Source of the DNA: Octopus sinensis
Taxonomy: Eukaryota
Length of the DNA: 64,000 nt
Reading direction: 5' to 3'
Assembly: GCF_006345805.1 (NCBI RefSeq)
Contig: NC_042999.1
Coordinates: 36,146,001 to 36,210,000, forward strand
Each line of letters opens with the position of its first letter. The first letter of the stretch is position 1. Made by a program: the position numbers and the translations under genes. Below the pieces are notes generated by a model, which was not told where the DNA came from, did no database searches, and worked only from the letters and a program-made list of their open reading frames with translations. This document shows positions 13,753 through 26,162 of this stretch, in pieces.

Positions 13753-14581
13753 CTGAAACATTAGCAGACATATAGAGTCACTACAGACACACCATCACAC
13801 ACCATTATATAGCTTCATGATGTTGGTGGATTGGCAGTATCGGCGGAGTATTAGAGAAAATGCCATGTGGTATATTATGGCTCTCTACATTCTGGGTTCA
13901 AATCTCACTGATGTCAGCATTACCTATCACCCTTTTGAGACTCAATAAAATAAAGTACCAGTCAAGTACTGGAGTTAGCAGTATTAACTAACCCCGCTCC
14001 CTTCAAAATTTGAAACCTTGTAACTATATCCAAAACAATTATAAAGGGAGAGGAGTGGCAGAATTGTTAAAATATCTGTTGCAGTATCTGTTCTAGCTTT
14101 TTATGTTCTGGGTTCAAAACCCAGCAAGGTCAACTTTGCTTTCATCCTTCTAGGGTTACAAAATAAAGTACCAGTTAGACATTTCAGGATTTGTACGTAT
14201 GCTTGTTTCAATTATTATATGACTTCATTATTCTGAACCTACACTTTCTAATAAATAACAAAATATCAGAATCAAGTTTCATTTGTTAAACATATATGAA
14301 GAAGACCCCATTTGGTTATGAATGACTATGAGATTGCACCTTGAAAGTTGTGAGCCCAACATTCTAACCACTGAGCCATGCATCTTTACTATAAAAAACA
14401 CACACACACACACACAGTGAATTGCCACCGCCACCACCATTACTGATGATGATGATTTCAAATTTTGCCTCAAGGTCAGCAATTTTAGGGGAGAGAGTAA
14501 ATCAATTACATCAACCTCAGTGTTCAACTGGTACTTATTTTATCAACCTCGAAAGGATGAAAGAATAATAATAATAGAACC

Positions 14582-15023
14582 AAAATCAGACATGATCAAA
14601 TAGAACAGCACCTACACTGGGACATCTGTTGTCCTTATGACATTCTTATTCCTAAAAACTGGTAATGAACACAAGTTACAGATAGTAATATAGTTACTAT
14701 TCTGAGGGACTTTAGCACCCATACTGACAGATAAATGCCAATAGACCTGATATTATTATCATCAGTGATCCTCAACAAAATACCTGCTATCAGATATGAT
14801 AATACCAGCTGACCAAAATATATGAGTGAAAGAAATCGAAAAGAAGGCATAACACAAGGACCTAGAATGTGGAAACTGAAAACCGAAGCACGAGAGTAGG
14901 AGTACTAGACATGGTTAAAAAAAGGGCTTCAAACTTCATTGATAAACTATCTGGAAAATCAAATATACACGATATCCAAAAGATTCACTAACCTCAACAG
15001 CCCATCTCTTGAGAAAATTCCTA
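14582..15023 (+). mobile_element. Decayed 3' end of an RLE-type (R4-clade-like) non-LTR retrotransposon, copy 1
   Basis: Frameshifted translation gives KIRHDQIEQHLHWDICCPY..KNW/YEH..VTILRDFSTHTDR/INANRPDIII..IPADQNI*VKEIEK..RMWKLKT..VGVLDMVKK..LTSTAHLLRKFL, matching the RHD and PD restriction-like endonuclease region of R4/Dong-type elements. Confidence 0.85.
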
Positions 15024-15661
15024 TTGTTATAACACTGTTACTAGCTTTTGGTCTCAGGTAGAGACCTGGCTCATATCTAAAATGCCTCAAAATCAAGCTA
15101 AAATATAAAATATAATAATAGTAATAATAATAATAATAATAATAATAGTAATAATAATAATAATGTTACTAAATGGAGAGAAATAGCACATGACAGCTTA
15201 AAAGTAATATGGTTTAATTTTTTGTAAAGATTCAAAAGAAAGAAAATTATACACACGTGCACATGTGTGTGTATGTATAAATACACATATCCCTGCACAT
15301 TTTAAATACACATTCAAGTACACATGTCCCTGCATATTGTAAGAAGTGATTAAAAGGGTTGGCAGCAGAAAGAGCATTCAAAACTGTAAAATACTATCGC
15401 AAAAAAATTCCATCCATGCCAAACCATCATGAAAAACAGGACATTAAAACAATGATAAGAATGATATGTGTGTATACACACACACACCACACACACATGA
15501 ATTGCCACCGCCACCACCATTACTGATGATGATGATTTCAAATTTTGCCTCAAGGTCAGCAATTTTAGGGGAGAGAGTAAATCAATTACATCAACCTCAG
15601 TGTTCAACTGGTACTTATTTTATCAACCTCGAAAGGATGAAAGAATAATAATAATAGAACC

Positions 15662-16102
15662 AAAATCAGACATGATCAAATAGAACAGCACCTACACTGG
15701 GACATCTGTTGTCCTTATGACATTCTTATTCCTAAAAACTGGTAATGAACACAAGTTACAGATAGTAATATAGTTACTATTCTGAGGGACTTTAGCACCC
15801 ATACTGACAGATAAATGCCAATAGACCTGATATTATTATCATCAGTGATCCTCAACAAAATACCTGCTATCAGATATGATAATACCAGCTGACCAAAATA
15901 TATGAGTGAAAGAAATCGAAAAGAAGGCATAACACAAGGACCTAGAATGTGGAAACTGAAAACCGAAGCACGAGAGTAGGAGTACTAGACATGGTTAAAA
16001 AAAGGGCTTCAAACTTCATTGATAAACTATCTGGAAAATCAAATATACACGATATCCAAAAGATTCACTAACCTCAACAGCCATCTCTTGAGAAAATTCC
16101 TA
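15662..16102 (+). mobile_element. Decayed RLE-type LINE 3' end, copy 2 (inside the tandem duplication)
   Basis: Identical to 14582-15023 except a 1-nt C deletion near the end. Confidence 0.85.
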
Positions 16103-17840
16103 TTGTTATAACACTGTTACTAGCTTTTGGTCTCAGGTAGAGACCTGGCTCATATCTAAAATGCCTCAAAATCAAGCTAAAATATAAAATATAATAATAG
16201 TAATAATAATAATAATAATAATAATAGTAATAATAATAATAATGTTACTAAATGGAGAGAAATAGCACATGACAGCTTAAAAGTAATATGGTTTAATTTT
16301 TTGTAAAGATTCAAAAGAAAGAAAATTATACACACGTGCACATGTGTGTGTATGTATAATACACATATCCCTGCACATTTTAAATACACATTCAAGTACA
16401 CATGTCCCTGCATATTGTAAGAAGTGATTAAAAGGGTTGGCAGCAGAAAGAGCATTCAAAACTGTAAAATACTATCGCAAAAAAATTCCATCCATGCCAA
16501 ACCATCATGAAAAACAGGACATTAAAACAATGATAAGAATGATATGTGTGTATACACACACACACACACACACACTCTCATTTGAAAATGATGTGTCACA
16601 CTTTCACTACTATGAGTTTCTTTCTTCTGTGTGTTAGTTCAGGCAATAAAATGCTTGTAAGCATTTTGTTTATTGCTTACTAAGAAATACAACATAATGA
16701 CTTAAAATTACTAGATAAGCTCTTGTAGGTATATTGAGTACTTTTTCTCTTGATGGAAAACCAAACAACACAGATCAAATATATGTGAGTGTGAGCATGT
16801 GTATGGTGTGTCAGTGTGTGCGTGTGTCTTATTAAACAAGGCATCATGAAGAATTTCTGTTTGGATTACAGAAGATGCATGGATCAAATCGTGCAGGCAG
16901 CTTTCCACTCCCCACCTAATCCAAAGGGTTTTGAATATATTTATTACAACCTATTATTTGTAACCAAATTCACTTTAAAATACATCATTAATAAAGCTTT
17001 ATTTACATAATGCCTCAATTTTTCAACATTCACATTCTAAACATTCACATTTTAAAGTGATAGCATTAAATGTTATTTCTATAATCAACTTTTTAAAAAA
17101 ACAAAAAAAACTCTGACCAATTTGTTCAATACAAGAAAAATGGACTTACTTTAATGTTTTCAGCATAAAACAAGTTACTAGAAACATACTCTTATCCTGC
17201 AAGACATTTCTCTCGCATTTAATTTTTTAACTCACTCAGCTTTACACAGTGATTTCTCAAGTACTTATTAGTAGATCCACAAATAAACTAAACAATGACC
17301 TGAATGTGATTTTAAGCACGGATGGATGGGTATAACTACATTAAGTTAAAGTTGAGAGCAAAGAGAGGAGAGAGAATGAGTGTGTATGTGTGTGTGTGAG
17401 TGCACGTGTGTGTGTGTGTGTGTGAGTGAGAGAAAGGGAGAGAGAGAGAAAGGGAGAGTTGGTGTTTGCGTCGATGTGTATACAGTAAGATGACAGAGCG
17501 AGCACAGCATGTATATATCCTAAATGTCTATACACAAGTTTTAGAAAAGCAGAACAAGCAGGAACAAAGGCCAGTTCATGGAGCTGGGGCATGAGTCACA
17601 CGTGTACGTGGAAAAGTGAGTGTAGGGGAGCATGCAGGAGAGACGGTGTACACGCCACTTGCCATGGCAGAGACATGCACCAACACGGTTGTGCCAACAG
17701 CAGCAAGCCTTTCACCTAGTAAGTTCACAAATATTGGCCAACATTCTCAAACATGACAGACAGCCAGGCAGGCAGAAAAGAGACAGTCACCCCCACCCAC
17801 CACCATATACACCCCCACACACATGCACACACAAACTTAC

Positions 17841-17935
17841 TCATTCTTGTACATAGGAACAAGGGGGAAAGGTTGGGGGCATGAGAGTTCTTCTTTCCAC
17901 CCATCCCTGCTGCCCTTCAAAGCACTTTTCTTCTT
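17841..17935 (-). CDS. Candidate 95-nt exon (or the 3' part of an alternative first exon encoding MYKN..) of the minus-strand gene
   Basis: Acceptor tttttttttctgtccctgctag| and donor GA|gtaagt; only one frame is open: KKKSALKGSRDGWKEELSCPQPFPLVPMYKN plus 2 nt. Confidence 0.55.
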
Positions 17936-18282
17936 CTAGCAGGGACAGAAAAAAAAACTTCCTGTCAGTAAAGTCAGGCCCCAAACACTGGGCATATCTT
18001 GGAAAATACACATAATACTCCCCCTCACATACACCTCCATCACCACCACCAGACACAAAATACCTTGACAAGCATTTGATCAGCAGGTATCATTTACTAA
18101 GCCAACCAGCTGCGGATGTGTTTAAAAGCCCTCTTGCTCCCACTTACAGCTAATATTACCAACTAACTGATGTCAACAACATATAGGCCAGTGAACAAAT
18201 TTCATAAATAAACAATTTAAAAAAAATATAATTAATAAATGAATAAATAGACAAAAAAAAAGACCAAAATTTTAAAATTTCA

Positions 18283-18409
18283 CAGTTAATTTACTTCATG
18301 AGGTGACAAAATTTTCATCACACCACCGTAAACTGGTCACTGTGTAAGTTCCACTGTGTCTGTGAACGGTCAATGTGATGAAAATTTTGATGCCTCATGA
18401 AATAAACTG
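18283..18409. repeat. Imperfect inverted repeat (~47-bp arms, ~30-nt spacer), probable hairpin MITE remnant
   Basis: Left arm TTCATGAGGTGACAAAATTTTCATCACACCACCGT pairs with right arm ACGGTCAATGTGATGAAAATTTTGATGCCTCATGAA. Confidence 0.85.
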
Positions 18410-20356
18410 AAAGTAAATTTAACTAATTTTTTTGTGCATTTTAAAAGACTAGAGAGAGAGAGAGAGGTTTGCTAAGACAGGGCAAACAGAACTCAGTATG
18501 TACATGTGTGTGATTTTAATGATGAGGATCTAAAATTCTTGAAGACAGTTCTCCAGTCTGATTGAAGTCAAATGACTGAAACCAGCAAGAAAGGGTGTAT
18601 GCCCATGCAAAGGGTGCACACCATGCAAGCTAGAGGGTGTATGCCCATGCAAATTATCTTAGATATATGTGTGTAAGTAAGGTTTTTGCTATCAACTAGT
18701 CAAGGAATTCCTTTAATTGGGAGACCATACACTCAACAGATTTTAAAATAAAATTCTTTAATGTTGGCTCCAGGACATGTTGCAAAAATAGAGATTTAAA
18801 ATTTACAGTCTTCAGACTTAATACCTTTATAGATTTTTAATGCACAAAAGAGAAAAGAAATATTGCTGTAATCCTCTACCAGCACCACAATGGAATCAGT
18901 GTGTAGATCAATAAAGTTGTCACAGTCAAGCAGCAGGTACTTTCTCACTTTGCAGCACTCTTTGGCTTTAAGGAAATCTATCAAACCAAACAATTCAGGC
19001 GATTTTGAATTTGCAACACACTTCCAAATCAAGCATAAAAATACAAAACAAAACAAAACAAAATGCATGTAAAATATTTAAAGAAAGTAATTTTGTTGCC
19101 AAAATAGCAAGTAATAACTGAAATTTTAATTGGATGTCAGTTTATGAGAGGCAAGTTTAACTATTAAATGGAATTTCACTTCCTACAGCTGTCTATTGCC
19201 TGATGAGTGATGTAATTTTATAGCTAATAATGATTTATTAATTAGGATTGGAGCTTCATTCATAAAGAGTTAAGTGTCTTCAGCAAGGACTCATTGCAAA
19301 GCTAACAGAAGGAACTGGCTTAATGACCTAACAGTCAGGTGTTTGTTACCTCACTTCTTTTAGTCGAGATAGATAGAGAGAGAGAGAGAGAAGAAAGATG
19401 TGACTCCTACGGTCAAACTGTAGGCCTGCATCATTGTCTTTAAGTCCACTTTAGCCATGCTGGCAGGGTTGACTAAAACTACTTGAGGCAGTATTCTACT
19501 AGATGCCCTTCTGGATGCTGACTCTTGGTTTTAAGTCAGCTTCTTCATCCTACATCACACATCAAACTATTGCCAAACATTTCATTTATGGAAGATACAG
19601 ACAATGCCATCCCTAACTGGAGCACCATCAGTGTGAAAACTAAGGAAGACAAAGACCCACCCACACAGATATACACATAACCCCCCCACACACACACACA
19701 CAATAGGCTTCTGTACAGTTACTGTCTACCAAATAATTGTATACAGAAGGATTTGGTCAACTAAAAGCTACAGGAGACAAAGTAGGAGAAACTCTGAAAC
19801 CATATGGTTATGAAGTGATCTTAACCTGAGGTAAGACTAGTGATGTTTAAGTTTCCAAAATTATTTCCATCACTGAACTTGCCCTAGTGAGGTAGATTTT
19901 CCCATTAGAGAATCTGAATTCAGTACTAAAGCCTAACAAATATATGTTACTTATACAGTGCCTTCCCATCACTGTTTAAAGTAAAATAACTACACTTCTC
20001 CATAAAACTGGAGGAAACTCATTCCTGATGCAGCCACACAAGGGATGGAGGAAACAGTAAGGTGGGCAGCTGAAAACTTAGATTAGTATAATTGAGTAGG
20101 ACCTTAAATTAGTATCTGGTCCTAATGTCATTCTTAAAATAATCACATCATGAAAATTTTGAAGTTACTACATAATGCATTATTACTTCAAAACAATATG
20201 AATAAATATTTATACTTGACAAAGTAATCTGAATGCTAAAAGATTAAGTGATTTTACTCATAAAATAAATGGATGTTCATTGGTTTCCTGATGAGGATTC
20301 AGACACTGAATTAGCAAGTAAGTAGTGGAGCAATCCACAGACTCCAATAACCTTAA

Positions 20357-20577
20357 CCCTTTCGTTACCAACCCGGCTGAAACTGGCTCTGGCTCTGTTG
20401 TACAAATGTCTTGTTTTCTTAAGTTTTAAATTAAAATCTTCCACCAAACTTTAGTCACAATTTATGTTCCTAACACTAGCTGAATGATAACTAAGTTATT
20501 TTACTAAATTCTTTGTTATATTTAAAGTAATTGAAAGAAACACAGAGCATCTCAAAATAAATACAGTAGCGAAAGGG
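20357..20577. mobile_element. TTAA-flanked piggyBac-type MITE, family 1, young copy
   Basis: TTAA|CCCTTTCGTTAC ... GTAGCGAAAGGG|TTAA; near-identical to 45234-45446. Confidence 0.9.
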
Positions 20578-23500
20578 TTAAGCCTTTTATTATTATATTC
20601 CTCTTGAAATACATAGTCTTTATTTCAGTTAATTTGAAAATAATGTAGGATTTTTATTATTATATTGTTTGCAAAAATAATCAAATTGCTTGCAAAAACT
20701 ATTCACTTGGTTGCAAAGATTATTCAAATAGTTGCAAAGATTATTAAGTAGGAAGAAAAATCCTATAAATAATTTGTTAAAATAATTGTTATTAAGCTGG
20801 AGTTCGAAACAAAAATTAGTGGGGGGAAATTTTGCTGGAAAGTTTTAATTAAAACAATACAGTGGGATCAAACCCGAGAGCTCATAATAGCAAAATGAAC
20901 TTCATAACTAGTTGACCATTCTGAGTCCAGTGATTTAATGAGGGACACAATGAGATACTGGTAAAAGGAAATAAAAATGATCAGTTGGATGGCATATTGC
21001 CTGGGCTAGGATCTCATTGTAACACTACAAGTTAAAACGGAAAATAAAGAAAAGCTTTCTATGGCGATCATCATACAATGTCAAAGAAATGTTAGAAATT
21101 TAAAAAAGAAATATTGATTTACAAGACAGACAGAGAGACATGGTGAGCAGTAATGATACAGATGAAATGCACTCGTTATAATCAGGAATCAAAATAAGAC
21201 TTGCTCCAAATCAGCTTACCTCCTACTCACACACACACACACATACACACAAGTAAGCACATAAATGCAAAACAAGGTGGAAAAAATACTCGAATACCAA
21301 AGGAAGAGTAATATGCTTTTATTAAAGCTGAAAAAAATCTGTGAAACTGAGTAAACAGTTTATGAAGATTTTTTTCAGTTTTAAATGTATGAGTGTGTAT
21401 GTGTGTGTATATATATATATATACATATATACATACATATACACACAAACACACACATGTATATATTCCTTCCTTTTTTTGCTCATACAAAAATAGAAAC
21501 AGTAATGGAGAAAGTGGTAAAAAATTCTCGACACCACCTCCTGACCTTGACATACAAACACACACATACTGTATCCACAAATGTGAAAAGAAAAGAATAT
21601 GAACTGATGACTACACCACAACAAATCCACAGTTTTAGAGATCAGTCATGTATGTGAGGCAAAAATAGACTTTTAACTATTAATCATAAAGTGCTAATCT
21701 CTGCTGAAATGGCTTGTTATAATTAACAAAGGAACTTTTTTGTCTTTTTGTTTATTGCTGGCTTTCACTGCTGTTGTGGCTGCCACTGCGGCTGTATGAA
21801 TCTTATCCTTCTTCCAATTCAAAAGTTTGATATGCAAGAGATATTTTAGTGATGACTGAATAATAAAAACTAGCAGAAATAATTCAGTATGAAAATTATG
21901 TGGTGTAAAATTACCATCAGTCAGTACGTAAGTACAGAGATAGAAGAAAATTAAAATAAACATTTTGAATATAGTTTCTTGGTGGCAAGGTCACTGCATT
22001 AAAAAAAAATAAATAAAAAAAAAAAACTGTAGCACATATACAGAAACAAAAAGTCACATAGATATATGCCTGTATAAATACATCTAAATGTATTTGAGAC
22101 GTCACATATAGACACACATACATTCAAACAGTCAGTCACACATATAAATACACATTGAAATCATTGCTGAAAATTTAGAGCTCTCTTTTTCAAAAATTAA
22201 CATAACTAGTTTTTTTTTTTTTTGGTTTTAGTATATGAATTTCAAAACAAGGAAACTTGGTTCAATGCCACCAGATGGTTACTATGATACAATCGTTGAA
22301 CACCTGCCTGATGTCAGTAAACAAAATGTAAGCTGAAAGTCCACGGAAAACGTGTAGGTTTTTAAAAGCTAGTGAGAAAACCATAAAGGTCTCAGACCAT
22401 CATGTTTATTTTTTACGTATTAGCCCACCGCCTCTCTCTTTTTATTTCTTTCTTTTCTCCTCTCTCTCTTTTCTTGAGTGTGAGTGATTCAAAGAATCAA
22501 AAAGATCTCACAATAAGCTCTCTGCCAAGTGCACGGCTAATAAACAGCTATTCTCTCAACTCACTTCTCTTTTCTCTTCTATTTACACACACAAACCAGT
22601 TTGGATTTGAAGAAATTGCTGAGTTCTATCTATACTGCCAAAAGTAAATGGCATAGAACTGAAATAAGTTCTCAGCAAGCCATGACAAAGTTTTTATTCC
22701 TGACTGCAACCATTTTATCCAACAAGCCAATGCAGGAGGCCTCTATGTGGTTACTCAACCTGTTTGAAACTGCCAAATCTCTCTAAAATTATGAAGTACT
22801 GTCTTAAAAAGAAAACAGTAATTGGATAACCATGTCAGAAAAATGATGATGGTCAAGGTTGGAATGCTTTTGATAATAGGTATGCTTGGTTATGGGCCGA
22901 TTTGGGGGCTAAAAGCAACAACATATGTAGCATCAACTTTAAAACTTTTTGTTATCGTTTTAAAACTAAATAAGGTTAATTGTCCATTAATAGATACTGC
23001 TGACAGTAGGTGTGGAGCATTTGCATAACTACTTAAAGTAGAACTAAAATTTCCATAAAGTCAATTGACATCAGTTGGCAAGATGATATCAGTTGGCATG
23101 ATGACATTGACAGTCATTATGCCATTAATTGACATGATGGCATCAACTGACCAGTAACATTAGCCTTAACATTTTTACAGTCAAAACCAAGTTTTAAGTC
23201 CTAAACCTTAAACCATGTTATGCAATAAAAATGGGATAGTCATAAATAAAAATACTGTTTGAACAGTGGAGATTGACTCAAATTAACATGCTGAATAATT
23301 ATATTCTGATTAAACAAAGATGATCAAGACAACACAACAACAATAGACAAATACTTTGCCCCTATCAAACATCTACAAACAATATCCAAACAAATCTCAT
23401 CATTTTTATGCAATCCTGGGAGAAGGTATGAAAACTTATGTTAAACAATTGCAAAAAGTATCATAACAGTATCAAGTGCCTCACAATGTAACTAACTACC

Positions 23501-25450
23501 TAGTTAAATTAACCGCTTTGGTACCAAAATGCCCAGAATAACCTCTAGATTAAAAAAACAAAAAATTGTATTTTGAAGTGTTTAAATTGAAATTAATACT
23601 TTCCATGGCTGTGAAGTTAAGAAGCTTGCTTCCCAACCACATGGTCTTAAGTTCAGTCCCACTGCATAGCACTTTGGGCAAGTGTCTTCTACTATAACCT
23701 TGGGCTGAACAAAGCCTTTGTGAGTGGATTTGGTAGACAGAAACTGAGAGGAGCTCATCGTGTGTGTGTGTGTGTGCCCACTCATTACAAATAAGGAGAT
23801 GAGTTAAGAGGTTGTGGCTCATTTTATGTAAAACTCTAAGAAAAGAACTTAAAAACTTGTTTCAGTGTGAAGAACAAATTGAGGTTGTAATAGAATTGGA
23901 AATGGTTTTTGTAATTACAAATATTAAAGTGAAGAGATAGTAATGTCAAAATTAATTTAGCTCTTTTGAAGTAGATTCCTTCCATTGCAGCTTAGTAGAC
24001 TACAAAGTCATAGATTTTGTTGTTAGATTAGTTACTTTGTTTAGATTGAATTAGAGATGTGTGAGAACTCTATTCCTCTTATTGATTGTCTGATGTTTGG
24101 AACTTAACCACTTAATTCTTCTGTGGCCAAGTTTCTAAGTGCTTCAATTAATTTTTAAAATAATCATGAATTGTAATGGATTTAGTAAAATAACTAATTC
24201 TGTCGCTATTAATCTGGTGATCAGAATATAACAAATATTCTTTTTATTTATTTTTTTAATTTGCTTGAGTCATTGAACTGCAGACATGCTTGGGCATTGC
24301 TTAGACAGGTTTAGTTGAACAAATCAACCTCATTACTTGTCTTTAAAATCTGGTGCTTATTCTATTGTCTCTTTTGTCGAATTGCTAAGTTACAGGGTTG
24401 TAAACAAAGCAACACAGGTTGTCAAGCAGGGCAACCTATATTTCTAGTGAGCAGACAGCCTATGTGTTTCAAATGATTTTCATAGAAGTCAAAATTTAGG
24501 AAGGCTATGCTAAAATACTTGCAACTTTATATAGTGAGGCATTCATTTAGCCCCAGGTCAGCTATATGATCAAAAGTGATACATTTTGACTATGCCACAA
24601 TTTTGACTATAACAGTCTACATTAACATATCCTATTTTAAAAGAAATGGACATGACTTGGGAGAGATTTAGCTGTTATTTTTAGTAGGTTGATTAACAGC
24701 ATAGAGGAACTTTCATTGACTCATTTATATAAAGGTATGTATGTAAAGCTGTTGTGTTGACCAACAGAAATCTCACAATATTGTTCACAGGTAGTCTCAG
24801 GGGCCTCGGTATTAAAAATTTTAAGCCAACAGAGTGATACTTTATCAACTCAGACATATTGTTATAGCAAAATCTACACAATATCTAATCAATGTTAAAT
24901 AATAAACAAAATAAAAGATTATTCTGTAGCTTATTCAATCAGTGAAACAGTAGAGCAGGCATTCATCTACATACATATATATACATATCTACATACATAT
25001 AAGGAATATCACTTCAAATTTTGGCATAAGATCAGAAATTTCAGGGAGAGGTGTAGGTGATTATATTGACTTAGTACTTTATTTTATTGACTTTGAAAAG
25101 AAGAAGGGCCAAGTTAACTTCAGTGGCATTTGAACTGAGAATGTAGAGCTGGAAGAAATGCTGCTAAGCATTTTGTCCAACAGGGTAAACAACTCGGTCA
25201 GCTCACTGCCTTTTTGTAACAAGATCAATAGACAATATATAACAAATTGATAAATTACTATGGAATCAACTCGATAGCTGTTTCAGAAGATCTTTGCTAT
25301 CAACCCCTTCAATTAAATTTACTCTCCTAAAGATGTGATGTATTTGACAAAATATAACTGGTTTCTTTCCTGTATATAACTATGCTGACTAAATCTTTAC
25401 ACTTTAATAGTTCTACAATCAAAACTACATTTACACTAAAAGTTTGTTAA

Positions 25451-25652
25451 TTTTTTTCTTTTGGGTCATATTTCTGTTGAAATTCACTTCGCTTGTTTCA
25501 ATAAATTTTGAAAATAAGGAAGAATTTAGTAAATTAACCGTTTCAATATTAAGTTGGTGTTTGGAACATAAATTGACTAGCGATGGACAATTTTAATTGA
25601 GATCACTTTAAAACAGGAAGTTTGTAACAGAGTAGTTTGGTATTGAAAGAGT
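25451..25652 (-). mobile_element. Older family 1-related MITE in reverse orientation
   Basis: Reverse complement contains AATTTATGTTCCAAACACC..TTTACTAAATTCTT..GAAATATG, shared with 20357-20577 and 27393-27621. Confidence 0.65.
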
Positions 25653-25871
25653 AACCCTTTGAAAGGGTGAACTCTTTCAATACCAAACTACATGATACAC
25701 AGGACCTATTTTCCTGGCATTCATGCATGATATATGAAACATATTCCCGATTTTTTTCCATCACTAGAGTAACTTGGGATTTATGAAAGGAAAAGCTTTA
25801 TATTATCCATAGCATATGAAACAAGGGCTTTTAAAAGTCTGAAAACAAGCATGGACATTTAGGAAAAACTT

Positions 25872-26162
25872 ATGAAAATGCATTGGACAGCCAAAGGGTT
25901 AACTGAGGACAGGGACAAAAGTCAAAGCAAAGAAAGAAGGCAGTCGTTAGAGAGCAGAAGTGATCTTCAGCAAGATTGTACACTTTCACTAACCCTGTTC
26001 AACAAGGTGATCAACTGTGTATTTGTGTCAAACACTAATCTAATTAAGTGCCAGCAAGTCCTGTACCAAGATACAATGATCAATGACTTTGATGACACTG
26101 CTCTCTTGCTCTCCACATCCCACAGGATAAGCTTAGAGATGATTCAAAATAAGCTGGTCTGA
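25872..26162 (+). mobile_element. Decayed non-LTR retrotransposon reverse transcriptase fragment (RTE/L2-like)
   Basis: Translation LQQDCTLSLTLFNKVINCV..INDFDDTALLLSTSH resembles RT motifs GVRQGCxLSPxLFN and FADD. Confidence 0.6.

Larger units (their letters stand above)
14418..16575. repeat. Near-identical head-to-tail tandem duplication, ~1080-bp unit (14418-15497 and 15498-16575)
   Basis: Copies match line by line; the only differences I noticed are two 1-nt homopolymer deletions in copy 2 (offset changes 1080 to 1079 to 1078); all three boundaries lie in CA microsatellites. Confidence 0.95.

Noticed and set aside
17148-17175. Possible 28-nt exon (NLFYAENIK) with GTAAGT donor
   Set aside because: The acceptor is weak and ambiguous between two AGs; not supportable without reads.
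18796-19068. 90-aa minus-strand ORF (..KECCKVRKYLLLDCDNFIDLH..)
   Set aside because: No recognisable domain, no donor, and a low-complexity start; consistent with chance.
20288-20320. CTGATGAGG followed by a hairpin; similar CTGATGA hits near 19200 and 58945
   Set aside because: No GAAA, stem III or NUH follows, so these cannot be called hammerheads.
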